From NCBI GenBank assembly GCA_965199855.1, contig OZ241326.1, positions 1,952,001 through 2,016,000 on the forward strand: DNA of 64,000 nucleotides. The letters are read 5' to 3'. Below are positions 1 through 10,672 of this stretch, in pieces. The DNA is from a bacterium (GTDB lineage Bacteria > UBA8248). The stretch's first letter is position 1; the number at the start of each line of letters is the position of its first letter. The position numbers and the translations under genes were made by a program. A model generated the notes under the pieces. That model did not search any database, was not told the DNA's origin, and saw nothing but the letters and a program-made list of their open reading frames with translations.

Positions 1-408
1 TTCGGCGAAACCGACCTTCAGGGAGTCGTGTTCAACGCCAACTATCTTCTGTATGTCGATACCGCCCAGATGGACTATCTGCGCTCCATCGGCGTCTCCT
101 ACCGGGACATGATCGCGCGGGGGCATGACGTCGTAATCGTGGACGCCTCGCTCCAGTTCCGCGCCCCGGCCCATTTCGACGAGGTGCTGGAAATCTACGC
201 GCGCGTTTCCGAAGTGGGAAACTCGAGCATGAAAATGGATTTCGAGATTTACGAATCGGAGTCGGAGCGCCTCGTGGCGAACGCGCGGACGGCGTACGTC
301 ATCATCGAGAAAGGCTCGAACGCGCCCGTCCGCGTCCCCGCCTACGTCCGCCGCGCGATCGAGAAATTTGAATCGGGGGGCGCGGCGAGAAAGCCGGAGC
401 GTTCATAG
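1..408 (+). CDS. Acyl-CoA thioesterase (4-HBT/YbgC-FadM hot-dog family), 5' end outside the window
   Basis: Frame 1 from base 1 reads FGETDLQGVVFNANYL..., the ETDxxGVV(F/Y)xxNY motif of 4-HBT-type thioesterases. Confidence 0.85.
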   Translation, partial: FGETDLQGVVFNANYLLYVDTAQMDYLRSIGVSYRDMIARGHDVVIVDASLQFRAPAHFDEVLEIYARVSEVGNSSMKMDFEIYESESERLVANARTAYVIIEKGSNAPVRVPAYVRRAIEKFESGGAARKPERS

Positions 409-660
409 GGTTCGCCGGCGCGAAGCCTTCGCGCGCTATCCCGGCCTGAATCAGCGGAATCATCTTCTTGACGCTCGCATGATTCCGTGCCAAAATGCCC
501 GGAAAATCGGAGAAGACGGCTTCATTGCGGCGATGGATGACGGATATTTCACGATTCGAGGGGGCGCCGGATGACTTTTTCTTCTCTTGTCGCCAGGCGG
601 CGACGTCGAAGCCCGCGCTTCGGCGGGGGCGGCATCCATACCGTGCAAAAGAAGGATAAT

Positions 661-1662
661 ATGATGAAATCGATCGAGCGTTCGCGGCGGACTGTTCCCT
701 TCCTCTCTCTCGCGCTGAGTCTGTTCATCGCCGTCGCGCTGGGCGCCTCCCAGGCTTTCGCGGCGTGGAAGCCGACGCGCCCGATCGAGTTCATCATCAT
801 GGCGAGCAAGGGGGGGGGCGCGGATCGCATCGCTCGCCTCATGCAGAAAATCGTCACCGAGAACAAATGGTCGCCCCAGCCCCTGACGCCGATCAACAAA
901 AGAGGAGGCTCCGGCGCCGAGGCGATGCTCTATCTCTACGCGAAACGAGGGAACCCGCACGTGATTCTGGTTACCCTCAACAGCTTCTTCACCACACCGG
1001 TATTGCGGAACCTCCCGGTGAACTACAAGAAGCTCACGCCCGTCTATCGGCTGGCCATGGACACGTTTCTCCTTTGGGTGAACGCGAAGTCGGGCATCAG
1101 GAACATGGATGACTTCGTGAAGGCCGTGAAGGCCAAGAAAGGCAAGTGGACGATGGGCGGGACGGGCAAGATGCAGGAGGATCAGCTCGTCACGAACATG
1201 CTGATGCAGGCCTACGGCCTCAAAGGCCTGATCACCTACGTGCCCTTCCGGGGCGGCGGCACCGTGGCCAAGAATCTCGCCGGCGGACACGTCGATTCGA
1301 CCGTGAACAACCCCTCCGAGGGACTGCCGCACTATCCCGACAAAATGCGGCCGATCGCCGCGATGACCCCGGAGCGGATTCCCGCGTTCAAGGAGGTGCC
1401 CACCTTCAAGGAGCTGGACAAGCCGGAGCTCGTGTATTTCATGCAGCGCAGCATCAACGCGCCCGGCGGCATCTCCAGGGACGCCGTGCAGTGGTATGTC
1501 GATCTGTTCGCCAAGCTGTGCAATTCCGATGAGTGGAAATCCTATACGAAGAAGAAGGCGCTGAACCGCGCCTGTCTGAGCGGCGCTCCGCTGGGCGCGT
1601 TCTTCGCTTCCGAGGACGGCAAGCACAAGCAGCTGCTCAAAGGCATGGGACTGCTGAAATAA
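661..1662 (+). CDS. tctC: Tripartite tricarboxylate transporter substrate-binding protein (TctC/Bug family), orphan
   Basis: Signal peptide, then W-P-RPIEFII..GGG-D..AR, NKRGGSGA and YVPFRGGG motifs; AAGGA SD before ATG 661; no adjacent tctA/tctB. Confidence 0.88.
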   Translation: MMKSIERSRRTVPFLSLALSLFIAVALGASQAFAAWKPTRPIEFIIMASKGGGADRIARLMQKIVTENKWSPQPLTPINKRGGSGAEAMLYLYAKRGNPHVILVTLNSFFTTPVLRNLPVNYKKLTPVYRLAMDTFLLWVNAKSGIRNMDDFVKAVKAKKGKWTMGGTGKMQEDQLVTNMLMQAYGLKGLITYVPFRGGGTVAKNLAGGHVDSTVNNPSEGLPHYPDKMRPIAAMTPERIPAFKEVPTFKELDKPELVYFMQRSINAPGGISRDAVQWYVDLFAKLCNSDEWKSYTKKKALNRACLSGAPLGAFFASEDGKHKQLLKGMGLLK

Positions 1663-1919
1663 TTCGCGGAAACGCCCAGGCTGATTCAGGCAATCCGCCG
1701 CCGTTTCGGAAAATTCGCCGCCAGGCTTCCTGCCGCAACGCTTCCCGGCGCCGGCGCGGCATCAGCGAGTCCCTTGCGCCGCAGCTCTTGACGGCGGCGC
1801 TCCCGAATCCCTTTGCCGAAAACCCGGCGCGAAACCTCGCTTTCCGCTTGTCCATGCCCGCGCTTCGATTTACTCTTTCGCGTTAGCCCCGTTCTGCTTT
1901 CCACGAAAGACGCGACGCT

Positions 1920-3119
1920 TTGAAAAAATGGCGAATTCTTCTCCTCCTCACCACCGGCCACGCTTTTGAACACTGGTACCAGGGCGTTTTGGGCCCCGTT
2001 ATTCCCTATCTGACGGCGGATTTGGGACTTACCCTCACCCAGGTGGGGCTGCTCTTCACCGGCAGGGCGGTGATGAGCGCCCTCAGCAGCGTGGGGACGG
2101 GCGTCATCATCGACTCCTTCGGCGGCGGGAAATGGCTCCTGGTCGGGTGCATGGCCTCCACCGCCCTGTTTTACGGCGGCGCGAGCCTCGCGACGGGGTT
2201 TTTCGCCCTGGCGCCCATCATCTGGCTGAGCGGACTGGCGACCCACAGCTGGCATCCGCCCGCGATGGGCCTTTTGGGGATGCGCTTCGAGAACCGCAAA
2301 GGCTTCGCCCTGGGCGTGCATGGAACGGGCGCGAACGTGGGGCAGACGCTCGCCCCCGTCATCGCGGGGTTCCTGCTCCTGATGATGAACTGGCGAGGCG
2401 TCCTGCTGGCGAACACGATTCCCCTGCTCGCCACGGCCATCCTTCTGTGCGTTTATCTGGAGCCTTTTGAACTGGGCGGAAGCCGAAGGCCCGGCTCCTC
2501 CCTTCGGCCGCGCGGCTTCATGGACGCGCTGATCAAGAACCCCGGAATCGCGGGCGCCTGCGTATTCTCGGGCGCGAGGACGCTGGCGCACAACGTCATC
2601 CTGGTTTTTCTTCCGATATGGCTGGTGAGAAAATACGGCGTGGGGCCGGGCGCGCTGGGAATCGCCATTGGCGTATATTCGGCGGCGTCCATATTCCCGG
2701 AAACGATTGTGGGCTATCTTTCCGACAGAACGTCGAGGAAGGTGATTCTGTTCATCGGCATCGCCGGCGGCGGAGCCGCGCTGGCCATGATTCCCCACGC
2801 GGGCTCGGGGATTTTCCTGTACGCCTGCGTCACGGTCGTCGGCGCTTTTCTCGTTTCCATGCGCTCCGCGATTTTCGCATACGGCTTCGAGGTCAGCCCG
2901 CCGCAGTTGACCGGAAGCGTCGTCGGCGTCATCTTCACGGCGAACCAGATATTCGTCGGGGCGGGTCTGTTTTTTCTGGGCATTCTGGCGGACGCGCGCG
3001 GTCTGGCGTTCGTTTTCTGGGCGATTGGTATATTATGCCTGGGTAGCCTGGCCGCTTTCTCATGGCTGCCCCGAACGGAGGAAAAAGCGGATTTTCAGCA
3101 ATCGGTCTCCGGGCCGTGA
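1920..3119 (+). CDS. MFS transporter
   Basis: About 12 hydrophobic segments; motif-A-like GVIIDSFG and GYLSDRTSRK; WHPPA motif. Confidence 0.85.
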   Translation: MKKWRILLLLTTGHAFEHWYQGVLGPVIPYLTADLGLTLTQVGLLFTGRAVMSALSSVGTGVIIDSFGGGKWLLVGCMASTALFYGGASLATGFFALAPIIWLSGLATHSWHPPAMGLLGMRFENRKGFALGVHGTGANVGQTLAPVIAGFLLLMMNWRGVLLANTIPLLATAILLCVYLEPFELGGSRRPGSSLRPRGFMDALIKNPGIAGACVFSGARTLAHNVILVFLPIWLVRKYGVGPGALGIAIGVYSAASIFPETIVGYLSDRTSRKVILFIGIAGGGAALAMIPHAGSGIFLYACVTVVGAFLVSMRSAIFAYGFEVSPPQLTGSVVGVIFTANQIFVGAGLFFLGILADARGLAFVFWAIGILCLGSLAAFSWLPRTEEKADFQQSVSGP

Positions 3120-3164
3120 AACTCCACGGACGACTCTCTTCAGCTCATGTACGGGAGACGGCGG

Positions 3165-6100
3165 ATGAGCGAACGAATTGAGGAGCACGCGGGATTTCCC
3201 CACGTCGAGAAATTGCTGGCTGGCGGAGCGCCTACCCCGGCGGCGACGGATCTTCTGGCTTCCATCGGCGTCACCGACCCGCTCGGCGCAGCGCGAAACC
3301 TCCAGTCCCTGGCCCTGCACCCGGCGTTCCCGCGCGATGACGCCGGGTTTCTCGGGCAGCTTCTGGCTTCTCTGGGAGATACGTTCGACCCGGAGCGCGC
3401 CCTCAGCAACTTCGAGCGAATCCTCGCGACCCGCGAGAAGCCGGACGCGCTCCTGAAGGCGCTCATCCATTCGGATGAGCGCAGGGCGGAGTTCTTCGCG
3501 CTGACTGGCGGGAGTCAGTTCCTGACCGAAACCATCGCCAGGCACCCGGACTTTTTCGACTGGCTGCTGCGTCCGAACGCCCTGCAAACCACCCGGCCGA
3601 AAGAGAAGATGGAGTCCGAACTCTGGCGCTGGGTGCGCGACGACTGGGAGTCTCCCAACGGGCCGGAGAACGCGATGCGCCGGTTCCGCCAGCGCGAGTA
3701 CCTGAGAATCGCTATACTGGACCTGATGCGGCGCGCGTCCCTCAAGGAAACCACCCTGAGCCTTTCCCGGCTGGCCGACGTCTGCCTGGAGATAGCGGTC
3801 AAGGTCGCCGGCGCCGAACTGAAGAAGAAATACGGAACGCCCAGACACAGGGACGCGGACGGGAAGTGGCGAAATACCGAATTCAGCGTGATCGGCATGG
3901 GGAAGCTGGGCGGGCTCGAGCTCAACTTCAGCTCGGACATCGATCTGCTGTTCATCTACTCATCGGACGACGGGCGAACGTCGGGGGTCGTCGATTCGCT
4001 GACGGGGCAGCAGAAAAGAAGGATAAGCAACCACGAATTCTTCGCCCACATGGCCCGGCGCGTCATATCCCTGATGGCGAAGAACACCGAAGAGGGGCAC
4101 GTCTTTCGGATAGACACGCGGCTGCGGCCCGAGGGTTCGCAGGGCGCCCTGGCGTATTCGCTCAGAAGCTGCGAGGTCTATTATGAATCCTGGGGAGAGA
4201 CCTGGGAGCGCCAGGCGCTGACCAAGTCCAGGCACTGCGCGGGCTCCGCCGCCCTGAGCGGCGCCTTCATGGAAATGATCCGCCCCTTCGTCTATCGGCG
4301 CACGATGGACATCAGCGTCATCGCGGAAATCGGAAAAATCAAAAACCGCATCAACAAGAACCTGAAGGGCCAGGACGCGGCGGAGCGCAACGTGAAGCTC
4401 GGCGAGGGGGGCATTCGGGAAATCGAATTCATCACCCAGGCGCTCCAGCTCATCTACGGCGGGCGGGAAACCCTTCTTCAGGGTTCAAGCACGCTGGACA
4501 GCCTCTCCGTCATGGAGGCGATGGGCCTGCTGCCCCCCCACGAATGCCAGGATCTTTCGCGCGCATACGTATTTCTCAGGGACGTGGAGCACCGCGTGCA
4601 GGTCACGCACGGGCTTCAGTCCCATGACATTCCGACGGATGAAAAGCACCTGACCGTGCTCGCCCGCAAAATGGACTGCGCGGGAAGCGGCGAATTCAGG
4701 GAGCAGCTGGCGCATCATCGCGGCAACGTATCGAAGATATTCGAGAACATGTTCCGGAGCGGGAACGGAGACGAGGGGGAGGAGGCCGCCGACGAGCAGG
4801 CGCCCGCGCCTACCCTGGGAGACTCCCTCTCCGCCGAGGAGCTGGCGCCCTACAACTTCGCGGACCCCGAAAGCGTGAGCACGCACCTCAAGCTCCTGCG
4901 AAACGGCGCCTCGCTCGAGCACGTCAGCGCGAAGGCGAAGCGGATATTCGACGAACTTCTCCCCCGCCTCCTCGACCAGACCCATGATCTTCCGGAGCCG
5001 GACAGGGCCATCGCCCACCTCAACAGGTTCGTGGAGAAAGGCGGAGGGCGCGAATCGATACTCGGGTTCATGGCCGAACAGGAGGAGTCGCTGGAGATCA
5101 TTCTCAAGCTGTTCGCCTCGAGCAACTACCTGTCCGAGATTCTGATCGCCCAGCCCGGCCTGCTCGAGACGCTTTTCCAGACGGAGACGCTCTCCAGCCC
5201 GCGCTCGGAGGAGGTTCTCGCCGCGGAAATGGAGAAGATAGCGAGCGCGCAAATCCCGATGGACGAGAGATTCAACCGCCTGCACCTCGCCAAGAAAAGC
5301 GAGGAGCTCGCCATAGGCATCCGAAGCATCCTCGGAGAGGCGGACATTCAGGAAACCCTGTCCTCCCTCTCCCGACTCGCGGCGGCGACCCTGAGAAGCG
5401 GCTACGAGATGGCCCGCGAAAGAATGCTCGGCCTGTATGGCGCCCCGATCGAGGAGGAGACGGGCGAGGAGGCCCGATTCGCCGTCATCGGCCTCGGCAA
5501 GCTGGGAAGCGGAGAGATGAACTTCGGCTCGGACCTGGACTTGATATTCGCGTATAGCGCCGCCGGGAAAACGAACGGGCGGGCCAACGGGAAAAGCTCC
5601 GAATACGGCCCCATCACGAATCACGAATTCCACCTCAAGCTGGCCACCTGCCTGCGGGACGGCCTCTCGGCGTCGAGCGGGCGGGCGCGAACCTACGAGA
5701 TGGACCTCCGCCTTCGGCCCGAAGGGCAAAAGGGGCCGCTGGCGGCGCCGCTGGAGCGCTTCGCAAAGTACTTTGAGGCCCGCGCCGAGACGTGGGAGCG
5801 GCAGGCGCTCACGAGAGCGAGCCCCGTCGCCGGCTCGGAGACGCTGAGCGCGGAATTCCTGGACCTCGCCCAAAAATTCGTGTACGAGAAGGAAGCGGGC
5901 GAGGAGCTGGCGCGGGAAGTTCATCACATGCGCAAGCGCATGGAAACGGAGCTGTCGCGCGAGGAGGAGGGAATCATCGACATCAAGCTCGGTCGCGGCG
6001 GAATCGTGGATATCGAGTTTTTGACCCAGTATCTCCTGATACGGAACGGAGGCGCGAATCCCGACATACGGGTCCCGAACACCTGCCTCGCCCTCCAGGC

Positions 6101-6377
6101 GCTGAAAGACGCCGGAATCCTCGCCGATGGGGACTGCGCCGCGCTGCTCGACGGCTACCGCTTCCTGCGTCTCGTCGAAAACCGACTCCGCATAGGCAAC
6201 GCCCAGTCGATCAACATATTCCTGACGACTCCGGAGGCGATGGGGATGCTGGCGCGGCGCATGGGCTTTGCGGACGACATCGACGGAAGCGCCCACGCGA
6301 AGTTTCTCGCGGAATACGAAGAGAAAACGGGCCGCGTGCGGGAAGTCTATGAAAAAATCGTGGTCGGGCGGGAATGA
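3165..6377 (+). CDS. glnE: Bifunctional glutamine synthetase adenylyltransferase/adenylyl-removing enzyme
   Basis: Two GKLGGxELNFxSDxDL nucleotidyltransferase motifs, two DxRLRPEG, WERQAL, KLGxGGIxxIEF. Confidence 0.96.
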   Translation: MSERIEEHAGFPHVEKLLAGGAPTPAATDLLASIGVTDPLGAARNLQSLALHPAFPRDDAGFLGQLLASLGDTFDPERALSNFERILATREKPDALLKALIHSDERRAEFFALTGGSQFLTETIARHPDFFDWLLRPNALQTTRPKEKMESELWRWVRDDWESPNGPENAMRRFRQREYLRIAILDLMRRASLKETTLSLSRLADVCLEIAVKVAGAELKKKYGTPRHRDADGKWRNTEFSVIGMGKLGGLELNFSSDIDLLFIYSSDDGRTSGVVDSLTGQQKRRISNHEFFAHMARRVISLMAKNTEEGHVFRIDTRLRPEGSQGALAYSLRSCEVYYESWGETWERQALTKSRHCAGSAALSGAFMEMIRPFVYRRTMDISVIAEIGKIKNRINKNLKGQDAAERNVKLGEGGIREIEFITQALQLIYGGRETLLQGSSTLDSLSVMEAMGLLPPHECQDLSRAYVFLRDVEHRVQVTHGLQSHDIPTDEKHLTVLARKMDCAGSGEFREQLAHHRGNVSKIFENMFRSGNGDEGEEAADEQAPAPTLGDSLSAEELAPYNFADPESVSTHLKLLRNGASLEHVSAKAKRIFDELLPRLLDQTHDLPEPDRAIAHLNRFVEKGGGRESILGFMAEQEESLEIILKLFASSNYLSEILIAQPGLLETLFQTETLSSPRSEEVLAAEMEKIASAQIPMDERFNRLHLAKKSEELAIGIRSILGEADIQETLSSLSRLAAATLRSGYEMARERMLGLYGAPIEEETGEEARFAVIGLGKLGSGEMNFGSDLDLIFAYSAAGKTNGRANGKSSEYGPITNHEFHLKLATCLRDGLSASSGRARTYEMDLRLRPEGQKGPLAAPLERFAKYFEARAETWERQALTRASPVAGSETLSAEFLDLAQKFVYEKEAGEELAREVHHMRKRMETELSREEEGIIDIKLGRGGIVDIEFLTQYLLIRNGGANPDIRVPNTCLALQALKDAGILADGDCAALLDGYRFLRLVENRLRIGNAQSINIFLTTPEAMGMLARRMGFADDIDGSAHAKFLAEYEEKTGRVREVYEKIVVGRE

Positions 6378-6435
6378 CCGCCTCTCCGCGCCAGGCGTCC
6401 GCGCGCTTCAGCCCGTCCGCGCCGGAGGGGTCGCG

Positions 6436-7659
6436 TTGATCATAAACCCCGCCCGCTTCCGCGCGTCCATGGAGGAGCTCGCCCGCGTCGGCGCGACGCC
6501 GGGCGGCGGCGCGCATCGCCCCACCCTCTCGGACCAGGACAAAGAAGCGAGAGACCTGTTCGCCGGCTGGGCGCGCGGCGCGGGACTCGATCTGCGCGTC
6601 GATGAGATGGGAAATATGTTCGCCAGGCGCGCGGGCGAGAACGACGACGACGCTTCCGCCATGACGGGGAGCCACCTCGACACCGTGCCGAACGGAGGGC
6701 GGTTCGACGGTTCGCTGGGCGTGCTCGCCGGCCTCGAGGCCGTCCGAACGCTGAACGACCGGGGCGCATCCACGAAGCGGCCGATAGAAGTCGTCAACTG
6801 GACGAACGAGGAGGGCGCCAGGTTTCCGCCCTCCATGCTCGGAAGCGGCGTGTTCGCGGGAGCGATTCCGCGGGAGACGGCATACGAGGCGAGGGACGCC
6901 GGGGGAGCGAGGCTTCTGGATGAGCTGGAGCGCATCGGCTACCGGGGCGACGCGCCCTGCGCGCCCAGACCCATCGGCTCATACGTCGAGCTGCACATAG
7001 AGCAAGGACCCGTTCTGGTGAGCGAAGGCGCGCAGATAGGCGTCGTGGAAGGCATCTTCGGCCTCTGCTGGCTCCGCGTCACGATGAAGGGGGAGCGGGA
7101 TCACGCCGGGCCCACGCCGATGCGCATGAGGCGAGACGCCCTGGTGGGCGCGGCGCGCGCCATTTCCGCGATCCGCGAGATTCCCGCAAGGCTGCATCCG
7201 GATTTCGTGGCCACGGTGGGCGAACTCTTCGTATCGCCCAACGCCGTCAACGTCATTCCCGACGAGGCGAGGTTCTCGGTCGATTTTCGGCACAGCGAGC
7301 CGAAAGTGATGGAAGACGCGCTGGAGCTCGTGCGGGAGGCCGCGACGCGGGAGGCCGGGAGGGAAAGCCTCGAAGTCGAGATTGAAAGCGTCGGCTTATC
7401 CACGCCCATGGCGTTCGACGCGGCCGTCGCGCGGACGATACGGGGCGCGTGCGAGGAGGCGAACTGCAGCCATCGTCCCATGTGGAGCGCCGCCGGGCAC
7501 GACGCCCGCTACGCGGCCCAGCTCGGGCCTGCGGCCATGATTTTCGTCCCCTGCGTCGCCGGAAAAAGCCACTCGGAAGAAGAGGATATGGACTGGGAGG
7601 ACGCCTGTCGGGGCTGCGACGTCCTGGCGCGGACATTGCTGAAGCTGGCGAATTCGTGA
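6436..7659 (+). CDS. Zn-dependent amidohydrolase, M20 family (allantoate/N-carbamoyl-amino acid amidohydrolase type)
   Basis: GSHLDTVPNGGRFDG, NEEGARF, ELHIEQGP, HAG, SAAGHDA and SHSEEE motifs; TTG start after GGAGGGG. Confidence 0.92.
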   Translation: MIINPARFRASMEELARVGATPGGGAHRPTLSDQDKEARDLFAGWARGAGLDLRVDEMGNMFARRAGENDDDASAMTGSHLDTVPNGGRFDGSLGVLAGLEAVRTLNDRGASTKRPIEVVNWTNEEGARFPPSMLGSGVFAGAIPRETAYEARDAGGARLLDELERIGYRGDAPCAPRPIGSYVELHIEQGPVLVSEGAQIGVVEGIFGLCWLRVTMKGERDHAGPTPMRMRRDALVGAARAISAIREIPARLHPDFVATVGELFVSPNAVNVIPDEARFSVDFRHSEPKVMEDALELVREAATREAGRESLEVEIESVGLSTPMAFDAAVARTIRGACEEANCSHRPMWSAAGHDARYAAQLGPAAMIFVPCVAGKSHSEEEDMDWEDACRGCDVLARTLLKLANS

Positions 7660-7696
7660 TTCGCAGCCTTCCCCGGAAGCCGACGAGGAGAACCGG

Positions 7697-8548
7697 ATGC
7701 CGAAGACAAAATGGGCGAACGGCGCGCGATGCGCCGCGTGTCTGACTTTCGACGTGGACGGCGAGACGGTATGGATGGCGAGGGATCCCTCCCTGGGGCA
7801 TCGCCCCATTCACAACTCCATGGGCGCCTACGGCCCCAAGGTGGGCGTCCCCCGCATACTGAAGCTCCTCAAAAAATACGATCTGCCCGGCGCCTTCTAC
7901 ATCCCGAGCTGGACGGTCGAGAAGTGGCCCAAAATGACGGAAGCCATCGTCCGGGCGGGGCACGAGGTCGGGCATCACGGCCATATCCACGAAAAACCGT
8001 ATCAGATGGCCGACGCGGAGCGCGAGGAGGAGCTGCTGGTCCGCGCCCTCGAAGTCCTGCGGCGCGACACGGGGCAGGAAATTCTGGGCTCCCGGACGCC
8101 CTCGGCCGATCCGAGCGTCCACACCATGGACCTGCTGAAAAAGCACGGGCTTCTCTACCATTCCAACATGATGGATGACGACTGGCCCTACTACCACGCC
8201 TGCGGACTGGTGGAGCTGCCCACGAAGTGGAGCCTCGACGACTTCATCTTCTTCGCCCACAGCACGAATCCGCCCTTCGGCCACGGCATCCGGGACCCGG
8301 AATCGGTCTATTCGATATGGGTCGAGGAATTCGAGGGAACCTACGAGGAGGGCGGATACGTGAACTTCATGTGCCACCCCCAGATCATCGGCCAGCATCA
8401 CCGGATGAGAATGCTGGAGAGGCTCGTCAGGCACATGATGAACAAGGGGGACGTGTGGTTCGCGGCGCCCGGCGAGGTGGCGAAATGCTGGGCTTCGCAA
8501 AACAAGCCGCCCGGGACGGGAAGATCGAGGGGACGAACCCGCTCTTGA
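7697..8548 (+). CDS. Polysaccharide deacetylase family protein (CE4, PuuE-like)
   Basis: LTFDVD, YGPKVGVPRIL, HEVGHHGHIH and HPQIIG motifs. Confidence 0.88.
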   Translation: MPKTKWANGARCAACLTFDVDGETVWMARDPSLGHRPIHNSMGAYGPKVGVPRILKLLKKYDLPGAFYIPSWTVEKWPKMTEAIVRAGHEVGHHGHIHEKPYQMADAEREEELLVRALEVLRRDTGQEILGSRTPSADPSVHTMDLLKKHGLLYHSNMMDDDWPYYHACGLVELPTKWSLDDFIFFAHSTNPPFGHGIRDPESVYSIWVEEFEGTYEEGGYVNFMCHPQIIGQHHRMRMLERLVRHMMNKGDVWFAAPGEVAKCWASQNKPPGTGRSRGRTRS

Positions 8549-8680
8549 GGATCGGCTTTTCGCGCGCCTGAAAGCTGTCCGCTCCTTTCGGGAGCGTCCC
8601 CCGAGGGAGCGGCGTCCCGGCTTGCGCGGGAAGGAGCCTTGCCGGGGCGGATCAGGCGTCAAAGGCCCGGGCGGGCGAGG

Positions 8681-9115
8681 TCAGAATACCGGAGAAAGCC
8701 AGCCCAGCAGCCCGCCGTAGATGGCGTGGGCGACGAGGGCGGTTCGCCACGCCCCGGGGTGCAGTTTGCGGCTGAAAAAGCCGTTGCCGGCGATGAGCGG
8801 GTTGAACGCGCATTGCGAAAAAACCCAGAGCGCGCCTCCCCAAATCAGCCCGCGCCATACGGGCGGGACGGGAACGCAGCCGGCGACGGAGGCGTAGATC
8901 AGTCCGAAAATGACGCCGTTCAGATGAACGGCGATGAACCCGAGCGCGTAAGGCGGCTTTCCCTCATACGATTCTCCGAACAGGAGCATCGCCAGCCCCT
9001 TGCCGAAATCGAGTTTCGCCATGCCCATCCTGTCGGCGAGCAGGGCGAAAACCATGTGCGCGTAGGTGGCCAGAAAAGAAACCGCGCAAACGACGAGAAA
9101 ATCACCGGATTTCAC
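8681..9115 (-). CDS. Hypothetical membrane protein (about 4 TM)
   Basis: Hydrophobic ORF with His-containing helices (VHLNG, VAHAIYG); downstream of the LVIVD gene. Confidence 0.6.
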   Translation of the reverse strand: MKSGDFLVVCAVSFLATYAHMVFALLADRMGMAKLDFGKGLAMLLFGESYEGKPPYALGFIAVHLNGVIFGLIYASVAGCVPVPPVWRGLIWGGALWVFSQCAFNPLIAGNGFFSRKLHPGAWRTALVAHAIYGGLLGWLSPVF

Positions 9116-9158
9116 GCGCTGTTTCCCACGCTCCGCCGGGGACAGGCATCCATGCCGC

Positions 9159-10340
9159 TCACCCCGTGTATTCCAGAATGTGCATTCCCGCTCCGTTGCG
9201 GTCGATCAGGTAGAGCAGACCGTTCTCGTCCATGCCGATGTCGTTCGACTGCGCGTAGTCCTTTCCGAAGTTGAGCGCGGGGACGTAGTGCCCTATCTCC
9301 TTCGGGCGGAACGGGTCGGAAAGATCAACGGCGCGCAGCCCGGAATTGAAGTAGGTGAGGAAGATGATGTCCTTCCACGGGCCATCCGCCGGGGCGTATT
9401 CCAGAATGTTGTGGGCGCCGAAGCGTCCGCCCCGGTTCATGTTCTCCTCCCTGTCCGGTATGTAGGTGGCTATCGGAATCGGGTTCGTCTCCTCCCGGAT
9501 ATCGACCACCCACATGAACTGGCTGCTCTCGTAGTTCTCCTGGGCGCGCGCCTCGTCGGTCACGACCAGATACGGCCTGTCGCCGAGCGGCCAGACGGTG
9601 TGCGTGGAGCCCACGAAGGGCGGCGACCAGCAGAGGTGCCCCACGAACGTGATGTCGCGCAAATCCGTACAATCGAAGATTCCCAGCCCTCCCCCCCAGA
9701 AGCCGGCGAACATGCGGTTTCCGCGAATCGTGGCGGGGCCGTGGCACGTCCAGGATCGCTCGAAGTCTTCCGGCTCCTCATACGGCATTCCGAGGCTGAC
9801 GTCCTGCCTGGGGAGACCGACGACGTTGAGCGCCTCCGGGTTCAGGGGATCCTTGATGTCCACCGTCCACATGACCCGGTTTCTCCACCCCTCGGCTTCG
9901 TTCGGGAAGAACGCGAGCTGGCGCTCGTTGTCCACGCCGAAGCGGTGAGGCCCCGAGCCGGGAAGATCGTAAAAGCCCGCCTCTTTCGGGTTCGCCGGGT
10001 CGCTGACGTCAAAAATGGCTATGCCCGCCCTCGCCTTTTCGCCTTCCGGCGTCTTGAGCCGCTCGTGATTGACGTAGAGCAGGTCGTCTCCCACGACGCG
10101 GACCTTGTGGTTGTGCGTTCCGGGCGGGGCGAACACCTCGGCGATTCGCCTCGGTCTCGCGGGATCCGATACGTCGTGAACCGTCCACCCTTCGGGCCCG
10201 TCGTAGCTCGCCGTTCCCACCGCGCCCACGTAGGCGCATCCGTTCTTCACCTCGACGAGGCTTCCCCCGCCCCACGCCGCGTCCGGGTCGTGTCCTATCA
10301 GCCTGAAATTTCTGGATTCAGCCGGCGCGCCTTTCGCCAT
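9159..10340 (-). CDS. LVIVD-repeat beta-propeller protein
   Basis: Repeated xDVSDPxxP strands (HDVSDPARP, FDVSDPANP, VDIKDPLNP, VDLSDPFRP); FGAHN and YFNSGLRAVD; GGAGG SD. Confidence 0.85.
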   Translation of the reverse strand: MAKGAPAESRNFRLIGHDPDAAWGGGSLVEVKNGCAYVGAVGTASYDGPEGWTVHDVSDPARPRRIAEVFAPPGTHNHKVRVVGDDLLYVNHERLKTPEGEKARAGIAIFDVSDPANPKEAGFYDLPGSGPHRFGVDNERQLAFFPNEAEGWRNRVMWTVDIKDPLNPEALNVVGLPRQDVSLGMPYEEPEDFERSWTCHGPATIRGNRMFAGFWGGGLGIFDCTDLRDITFVGHLCWSPPFVGSTHTVWPLGDRPYLVVTDEARAQENYESSQFMWVVDIREETNPIPIATYIPDREENMNRGGRFGAHNILEYAPADGPWKDIIFLTYFNSGLRAVDLSDPFRPKEIGHYVPALNFGKDYAQSNDIGMDENGLLYLIDRNGAGMHILEYTG

Positions 10341-10672
10341 TGCCCACCTCCTCTGGAGTCGCCGCAGGAATCAACGATGAATCCCGATGATCTTCTCCCT
10401 CCCGCGCCTCCGCCGCAGACGCGCGAGAATGTCCCGGCCGGCGGCTTCCGCGCGCCGAAGCGGGTCGAGACCAGCCTCTCTCCCGGCGCGACAAATTCCG
10501 TTCCCTGCGGAAGCCCATGCGAGGATCGGGAGTTTCAGGCTATATTCCCACAAAGACGCGGTTTGTGGAACTGCGCCCTCCCTCATTCGCCTCATTCCCG
10601 CCAAAAGCGTAGAATGCGGGCGATTGAAAGCGATTCGCTTTCCGCGAGCCGCGCGAAAAAAAGAGGAAGCCC

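Noticed and set aside
810-818. G9 tract in tctC as a phase-variation site
   Set aside because: It encodes the conserved (K)GGG motif of TctC proteins; the tract is short and explained by the protein
444-1691. 12-bp inverted repeat (GCCTGAATCAGC / GCTGATTCAGGC) flanking tctC
   Set aside because: Too short, with no target duplication or transposase; may be chance
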